Of a stretch of 64,000 nucleotides of DNA, positions 58,982 through 64,000 are shown piece after piece (position 1 is the first letter of the stretch; each line of letters starts with the position of its first letter). The notes beneath the pieces were generated by a model. The model saw only the letters and a program-made list of their open reading frames with translations. It was not told where the DNA came from and did no database searches. The stretch is from Pirellulales bacterium (GTDB lineage: Bacteria > Planctomycetota > Planctomycetia > Pirellulales > PALSA-1355), in assembly GCA_040877415.1 (NCBI GenBank), contig JBBDNV010000087.1, positions 20,884 through 84,883 of the forward strand. The letters run 5' to 3'. A program made the translations under genes and the position numbers.

Positions 58982-59320
58982 GGCGGCAGTGGTATTGCCC
59001 ATCCACGCAAACAAACGCAACACAGATACAACATAGACGACCTCGAGTTGGGTCGGAAAAGGTCAGCAGAGCGAAGCCCTCTCATCTATGCAGGCAGACC
59101 GCTGGGCGGTCCCTTTCGTCATTGGCCTATCTTCATAGATCGGAGCTGAACAGGTCCAGAGCATCATCGCCGAGCGCCTCAAACGAATGGCGGCGTGCTC
59201 ACGACTGTGTAAAGCGGCCGATAATCGGCATCCGCTGGCGGTGATCGCGATAGCCGAGATATCTCTTCGATTGCAGGACATACTGCAACGACCTGGCGCT
59301 GGACTGAGGGATAAAACACC

Positions 59321-59659
59321 ATGAGCGAACGAAAACCAGTCCCCATCCACGCAGTTCCGAAGAGAGTTCTTTGTCCTGTGTGCGGAAGGGCGTCTTATTC
59401 GCTGACGGGCACGCATCCACAGTGTGCCGTGGCACGTGCCGACGCAATCTCGCGAGCAGCCCTGAAGGCCGCCGGAGTTCAAGTCAGCAAGCGGCCGGTT
59501 CGGAAATCGTGGTCCAAACCGTGCCCAAAATGCAAACGCCAGATTCCGGCACGGCGATTTGTCTGCGATTGCGGCCACCAGTTTGCTGCGACGCCTACGA
59601 GCGAGGCAAACGGAGCGACCCATGAACGGCCCCAATCGATTGGGCAAAAACCGCGTTAA
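59321..59659 (+). CDS. Hypothetical double zinc-ribbon protein
   Basis: CPVCG...HPQC and CPKCKRQ...CDCGH cysteine pairs. Confidence 0.4.
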   Translation: MSERKPVPIHAVPKRVLCPVCGRASYSLTGTHPQCAVARADAISRAALKAAGVQVSKRPVRKSWSKPCPKCKRQIPARRFVCDCGHQFAATPTSEANGATHERPQSIGQKPR

Positions 59660-59685
59660 CCTGAAATCTCGATTCTGGAGCAAGA

Positions 59686-59928
59686 ATGATGGCCATCACA
59701 CCCGTTCAAGATCGAACCATCACGCGACAGGTCCAAGGCAGAATCGCCGGTCGAGGATTGGCCTCTCCCTGCCACATTTCGGTCGAGACACGCAAAGGCG
59801 AGGTGACGTTGAGTGGTAGCGTTCAATACGCTCATCAAAAATCGACGGCCGTCCAGGCAGCTAATGGAATCTCGGGCGTCCGGCGCGTCTTCGATCGACT
59901 AATCATTAAGACGGTCGCCAAGTACTAG
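59686..59928 (+). CDS. BON domain-containing protein
   Basis: ISVETRKGEVTLSGSVQYAHQKSTAVQAANGISGVRRVFDRLII is a BON pattern. Confidence 0.65.
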   Translation: MMAITPVQDRTITRQVQGRIAGRGLASPCHISVETRKGEVTLSGSVQYAHQKSTAVQAANGISGVRRVFDRLIIKTVAKY

Positions 59929-60028
59929 ACCAACGACGGAAGCATTGTTGGCCCAACGGCATTGAGGCCCTTCGATCCCGCAGGGACAGTGCGGAAAGAC
60001 GGCCGCCGGTGACTGGGAATGGAGTTCT

Positions 60029-60787
60029 ATGCAACGTTCCCCGAACGAACTAATGCCCGGCTCCGAGATCCATCTGTTGCTGCCCTATGTGACCGATTTG
60101 GAATTCGAGGTGGACCGCCTCCGAAGGCAGGGGCGGTTTATCGAACAACGGGCATGGGATGCACTGAAGCAGGTGCAAAAACTATGCGGAGACGCGACGC
60201 AATCTCAAGATACGGCCGACGCGCTGGCTCAGATCGAAAAAACCGCAAACGAATTTGCCAAGGTGCTGGGGGACTTGCACGAACAGCCCGGATACCACCC
60301 TGCCCACGACCAGGTCATCCCCATTGCGGCGCGTCCGCTGATCGAGCAGGTGTTTCGCTGGCAGCAACGCCTGTCGGACGCTTCGCAGGTTGTGCTTCGG
60401 TTGGAGTTGGAAATCGAACACCTGGATTGGTTTCCCGCACGCTTTCGGCATATCGTTGATAACTTGCTCGCGAACGCTCTAAAGTACCGCGGTGCCGATA
60501 AAGGCGAGACGCGAGTAACTCTGGCGCTACGCCGGTCACCGAATAGCTATGAGCTACGCATCTCCGACAATGGCGTGGGAATCCAGGCGGACGCGCGCAT
60601 CGACGTGCTCGAACTATTCTATCGCGCGGCGCCCATGCGGGCGGCGGGGTTGGGCGTCGGTTTGGCCGTCGTCAAATTGCTTGTGGAGCAGAGCGGCGGA
60701 ACGTTGACGGTCGAATCGGTTGAGGGCCAGGGGACCTCCTTCTTGGCAGTGTTGCCGCGGTATGACATCGATGATTTCCTCAAATGA
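60029..60787 (+). CDS. Soluble histidine-kinase-like ATPase (HATPase_c) with atypical or absent H-box
   Basis: N box VDNLLANALKY. G1 DNGVGI. G2 GLGVGLAVV. No TM and no canonical HExxxP H-box upstream. Confidence 0.7.
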   Translation: MQRSPNELMPGSEIHLLLPYVTDLEFEVDRLRRQGRFIEQRAWDALKQVQKLCGDATQSQDTADALAQIEKTANEFAKVLGDLHEQPGYHPAHDQVIPIAARPLIEQVFRWQQRLSDASQVVLRLELEIEHLDWFPARFRHIVDNLLANALKYRGADKGETRVTLALRRSPNSYELRISDNGVGIQADARIDVLELFYRAAPMRAAGLGVGLAVVKLLVEQSGGTLTVESVEGQGTSFLAVLPRYDIDDFLK

Positions 60788-60840
60788 GAGCGCCCGGCCG
60801 GCCATTGGCTTGCCACGATTGACTGCTGAGCGATTTTGGC

Positions 60841-61221
60841 ATGAGCGTGAAGACCAGCCTGCGAAGTCAAGCCGTCCAGCCAGAACGCGCGGACGGGCGT
60901 CCCACAGAGCCCGCTTCGGGGTGCGTGCTTAGTGTCGGTTCGCTCGGCATGATGTCTTTCGGCGCTTTGAGTGGGAACCCACTCGTGATGGGTGCTGGAG
61001 CAATGATGGCGGGGCTGTTGGTGCTCTCCCGTCTGGCGATGGACTTTCGCAGCGGTGTAACGAGCAGCAATTGGGGCACGTGGCGGCGCGACGAGGACTA
61101 CGCCCGGTACTGCTGCAATACCTGCTTTTGGGCGGTTGTTGCGCTGCTCTGGTTCAGTGTCGGGGTCTTGATCATGATCGGATATACGCCGTTGCCTTCA
61201 ATCTGGTTTTCTCGAAGTTGA
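60841..61221 (+). CDS. Hypothetical membrane protein
   Basis: 126 aa with hydrophobic segments (LVMGAGAMMAGLLVL, FWAVVALLWFSVGVLIMIGY). Confidence 0.4.
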   Translation: MSVKTSLRSQAVQPERADGRPTEPASGCVLSVGSLGMMSFGALSGNPLVMGAGAMMAGLLVLSRLAMDFRSGVTSSNWGTWRRDEDYARYCCNTCFWAVVALLWFSVGVLIMIGYTPLPSIWFSRS

Positions 61222-61831
61222 CAACGTCTTGAATCGCATTCAGGGACAGGCCACGCTTTTTCTTGCTTTCCGGGGCAATTTCGCGTACGATGTGTCCGCG
61301 ACCGGCAATCAAATAGCACCGCGCACACTTTCTGACCGGCGACTCACACCGGGCAGGACCGCTAATGTCCTTCTTCGCGAGCATGCGCTAACGGCCGCCT
61401 CGGTCGCGCTCCCCGGCGCGCACCGGCGCAGCGACTAGCTCCGGACTTGCGGCGCCCACTTTACTCTCGCCCTCTCGGCCACTGGTGCGCCACGATCGGC
61501 GCGGCTGCAGCGTCCGGACTCGACCCCGGCCTCTCGTTGACCGCCGGGCACAAGGGCCAACGAGTCACATGTTGGTCTCAGCACACGGCTGTACGAAAGG
61601 CATCTGCAGACGATTCGAGCTTATCGTCGTGTAGCAACAATAAGAATTCAAATGCAGCGAATCTTCCTTCCAATCGCCCCAGCAACTGTCGTCACGCCTG
61701 GCCTCACTGCCAGGTCGGCCTTCGCGTTCACGCCACGCAATCCGTATACCCCGGCCGAGGCCGAGATCCAGGGCAAAGTGGCATGATCGAAGTTTGGCGC
61801 GAATAAAACACCTGCTTGGAGGACGGCTTTT

Positions 61832-62656
61832 ATGAAATCGACAACTCTGCTCGAGACCGTGACCGTTTGTTGTGTTTTGGTCCTGGCCACGGATCGTCCG
61901 GCAAGGGCCGACCTGGTTGTCACGAACACGAATCGCTACGTGAGCGCCGCGGCCGAGGTTACCGGCGCCGGCCCCTACTCTGCCTACCTTGCCGGACCGG
62001 CCACGGGAACTTTTGCGGATTTCGCGTTCGCATTTGCCGGCGTTTTTATTCCCGAAATTGTGCAGGTCAGCACGCGGGCGGATCAGGACACGTTCGTTCC
62101 TTCGGTGGGCGCAAGCATCTACGGCAATGGCCAGGCGACGGCCGAAATCGAGTTTGATCCGATGGCGTCGCCGGACATTACCGCCGAGATCATCGACCTC
62201 ATGACTCAATACGCGCCCACCTCTTATTTGCGCGTGGCGTTCACGCTCGCCGAGCCGCACTTTTTTTCGCTGACGGGCAGCCTGTTCGAGCAGGTCATCC
62301 CGTCACCCAACGACGACCTCCTGTATGCCGCGTCGGTAGCGCAACTGATTGACCGCACGAACACGATCACGTTGTTCGCCCTCGAAGGAGCTCCAGGCAC
62401 GACCCCGTTCGATGAGTCCGGCATTCTGCAGGCCGGTGACTACGAACTGATTGTGGGATCGATCCTCGGCAGCGAGTTCCCGCTCACGATGACCGGGTCG
62501 GCGCTCGCGCAATTCAGTGTCGAATTTTCGGTTCAGCCCGTCCCCGAACCGGCCTCGATCGTGCTGGCCGGCTTGGCTGCCTGCGGATTGGTTCCCTGCG
62601 CGTACCTGCGACGCGCTCGACGCTCGCCGCCGCGCGAGAAAGTGTTCACTCTGTAA
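61832..62656 (+). CDS. PEP-CTERM sorting-domain protein
   Basis: Signal peptide present. The C-terminal VPEPASIVLAGLAACGLVPCAYLRRARR is a PEP-CTERM anchor. Confidence 0.8.
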   Translation: MKSTTLLETVTVCCVLVLATDRPARADLVVTNTNRYVSAAAEVTGAGPYSAYLAGPATGTFADFAFAFAGVFIPEIVQVSTRADQDTFVPSVGASIYGNGQATAEIEFDPMASPDITAEIIDLMTQYAPTSYLRVAFTLAEPHFFSLTGSLFEQVIPSPNDDLLYAASVAQLIDRTNTITLFALEGAPGTTPFDESGILQAGDYELIVGSILGSEFPLTMTGSALAQFSVEFSVQPVPEPASIVLAGLAACGLVPCAYLRRARRSPPREKVFTL

Positions 62657-62810
62657 TGAGTTCGTCGCTCGAAGTGGCGGGTCTGGCCGTAAACTCGTTT
62701 GGGGCCAGCCAGGGGGACGGTCCGCTGCGATACCGCTTGTGCGTCCGACCCTTGGCCGTCATCAGCGGGCGCCCGGGGCATTTCAGCATTCGAGGTGGTA
62801 GCATGGGGGG

Positions 62811-63386
62811 ATGAGCGACGTCACGCAGATTCTCGAGGCCATCAGGCAAGGCGATGCGCAAGCCGCGTCGCGGCTATTGCCGTTGGTGTACGACGAGCTG
62901 CGGCGGCTGGCCCGGACGCACATGGCGCAGGAACGCGCCGAGCACACGCTCGAGGCCACGGCGCTCGTGCACGAAGCCTACCTGCGGCTGGTGAAGGAGA
63001 ACGACGCGCACTGGGATGGACGGGGCCATTTCTTCGCGGCGGCCGCCGAGGCGATGCGGCGGATCCTCATCGAGCACGCCCGCAAGAAAAACGCGCTACG
63101 GCGTGGGGGCGGGCAGCGGTGCGTCGCGCTCGACGACGATTTCCCGCCGATCGCCTCGCCCTGCGACAATCTTGACGATCTCGTGGCGCTGGACGAGGCG
63201 ATCGATCGGCTCGCCCAGGAACACCCCGACAAGGCGGCGCTGGTCAAGCTCTTGTACTTCGCCGGGCTGAACCTGGAGGAAGCCGGCGCCGCGCTGGGCG
63301 TTTCCCGCAGCACCGCCTACAGGCATTGGCTCTTCGCCCGGGCGTGGCTGCACGACGCCATCGCCGGAAAAGAAAATCCAACCTGA
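62811..63386 (+). CDS. ECF-type RNA polymerase sigma factor (Planctomycete type paired with a Ser/Thr kinase)
   Basis: The N-terminus is ILEAIRQGDAQAASRLLPLVYDELRRLA. Region 2 is HTLEATALVHEAYLRL. The region 4 HTH is EEAGAALGVSRSTAYRHW. Confidence 0.9.
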   Translation: MSDVTQILEAIRQGDAQAASRLLPLVYDELRRLARTHMAQERAEHTLEATALVHEAYLRLVKENDAHWDGRGHFFAAAAEAMRRILIEHARKKNALRRGGGQRCVALDDDFPPIASPCDNLDDLVALDEAIDRLAQEHPDKAALVKLLYFAGLNLEEAGAALGVSRSTAYRHWLFARAWLHDAIAGKENPT

Positions 63387-63456
63387 ATCGAGCCGATTTG
63401 GTGGAACGATTTGCCCCGGGATTTCGCATGAACAGGTATGGGAAAGGGCTCAGCGA

Positions 63457-64000
63457 ATGCAGGTTGACCCGGCTCGAATCGAAAAAATCTTCGGCGAAGC
63501 CCTAACCAGGGCCGACGCCGCGGCGCGCGCCGCCTATCTGGACCAGGCTTGCGGCGACGACGCCCCCCTGCGCGAGCGTGTCGAGGCGCTGTTGGCGGCG
63601 CACGATGACGCCGGCAGCTTTCTGGAACTGCCAAAAACGGACCGGCCGACCGAAGGGTTCGTTCCTCTCAGCCAGGGCCCGGGCTCGAGAATCGGCCGCT
63701 ACAAGCTCTTGGAGCAGATCGGCGAGGGGGGCTTTGGCGTCGTGTTCATGGCCCAGCAGACCGAGCCCGTCGAGCGGAAGGTGGCGCTTAAAATCATCAA
63801 ACCGGGCATGGACACCCGCCAGGTGATTGCGCGCTTCGAAGCGGAGCGCCAGGCCCTGGCGCTGATGGATCATCCCCATATCGCCAAAGTGCTCGACGCC
63901 GGCACGACCGACGATGGCCGACCGTATTTCGTGATGGAGCTGGTCAAGGGCGTGCCCATCATCCAGTACTGCGATGACCGTCGTCTCGCCCCTCGCCAGC
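63457..64000 (+). CDS. Serine/threonine protein kinase (5' part; runs off the window end)
   Basis: Hand-translated from ATG 63457. IGRYKLLEQIGEGGFGVVFMA (Gly loop), VALKIIK (catalytic Lys), RFEAERQALALMDHPHIAKV. There is no stop before 64000. Confidence 0.9.
   Translation, partial: MQVDPARIEKIFGEALTRADAAARAAYLDQACGDDAPLRERVEALLAAHDDAGSFLELPKTDRPTEGFVPLSQGPGSRIGRYKLLEQIGEGGFGVVFMAQQTEPVERKVALKIIKPGMDTRQVIARFEAERQALALMDHPHIAKVLDAGTTDDGRPYFVMELVKGVPIIQYCDDRRLAPRQ

Noticed and set aside
61172-61384. 70-aa minus-strand ORF with CxxC...GHIV resembling an HNH nuclease remnant.
   Set aside because: The second half of the HNH motif (N...CxxC/H) is not present. The ORF overlaps the end of the 60841-61221 gene. 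The evidence is too weak.

Overview
This is a 64-kb GC-rich bacterial chromosomal segment with several visibly AT-richer islets. No searches were run, so every family call rests on motif recognition in the ORF translations and on reading the DNA directly. Gene content points to Planctomycetota: a DUF1559 protein with a prepilin-type N-terminus, DUF1501, a PSCyt1 cytochrome-c domain, a PEP-CTERM protein, an ECF sigma factor followed by a Ser/Thr kinase, and palindromic CCAGTGGCACCC-type repeats.

About 60 CDS can be supported, plus one tRNA-Arg(UCG), several repeat families and two gene fragments. Ordinary content includes modABC, an MFS transporter, an amidohydrolase, a tandem ThuA-like protein, a thioesterase, a PLD/cardiolipin synthase, pyrE, rarA, a LysM/YkuD protein, a Ca2+/H+ exchanger, a CPBP protease, an acyl-CoA desaturase, an RRM RNA-binding protein, and a hybrid histidine kinase with a GGDEF response regulator.

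The headline locus is 43.8-54.9 kb. It is a co-directional cluster encoding a complex-I / group-4-hydrogenase-like membrane module. The module has NuoL-, NuoH-, HyfE-, NuoM/N-, NuoCD- and ferredoxin+NuoB-like subunits. Its catalytic subunit lacks cysteine at all four canonical Ni-Fe ligand positions, so it looks Ehr-type rather than a hydrogenase. An HTH-EIIA(Ntr) regulator lies directly upstream. A SulP anion transporter carrying an extra PII-like C-terminal domain and a beta-carbonic anhydrase lie directly downstream. I propose a candidate energy-coupled inorganic-carbon or ion-handling system.

Secondary points of interest:
- A rearrangement scar with two truncated genes, a split DUF4236 gene and parDE (11.0-13.6 kb).
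- An AT-rich islet carrying a three-gene X-hicB-hicA operon, bounded by a tRNA-like fragment (21.3-22.8 kb).
- Two nuclease-fold gene cassettes bracketed by related AACCAC-type repeats (16.1-18.2 kb).

No CRISPR array, rRNA, integrase or transposase was seen.
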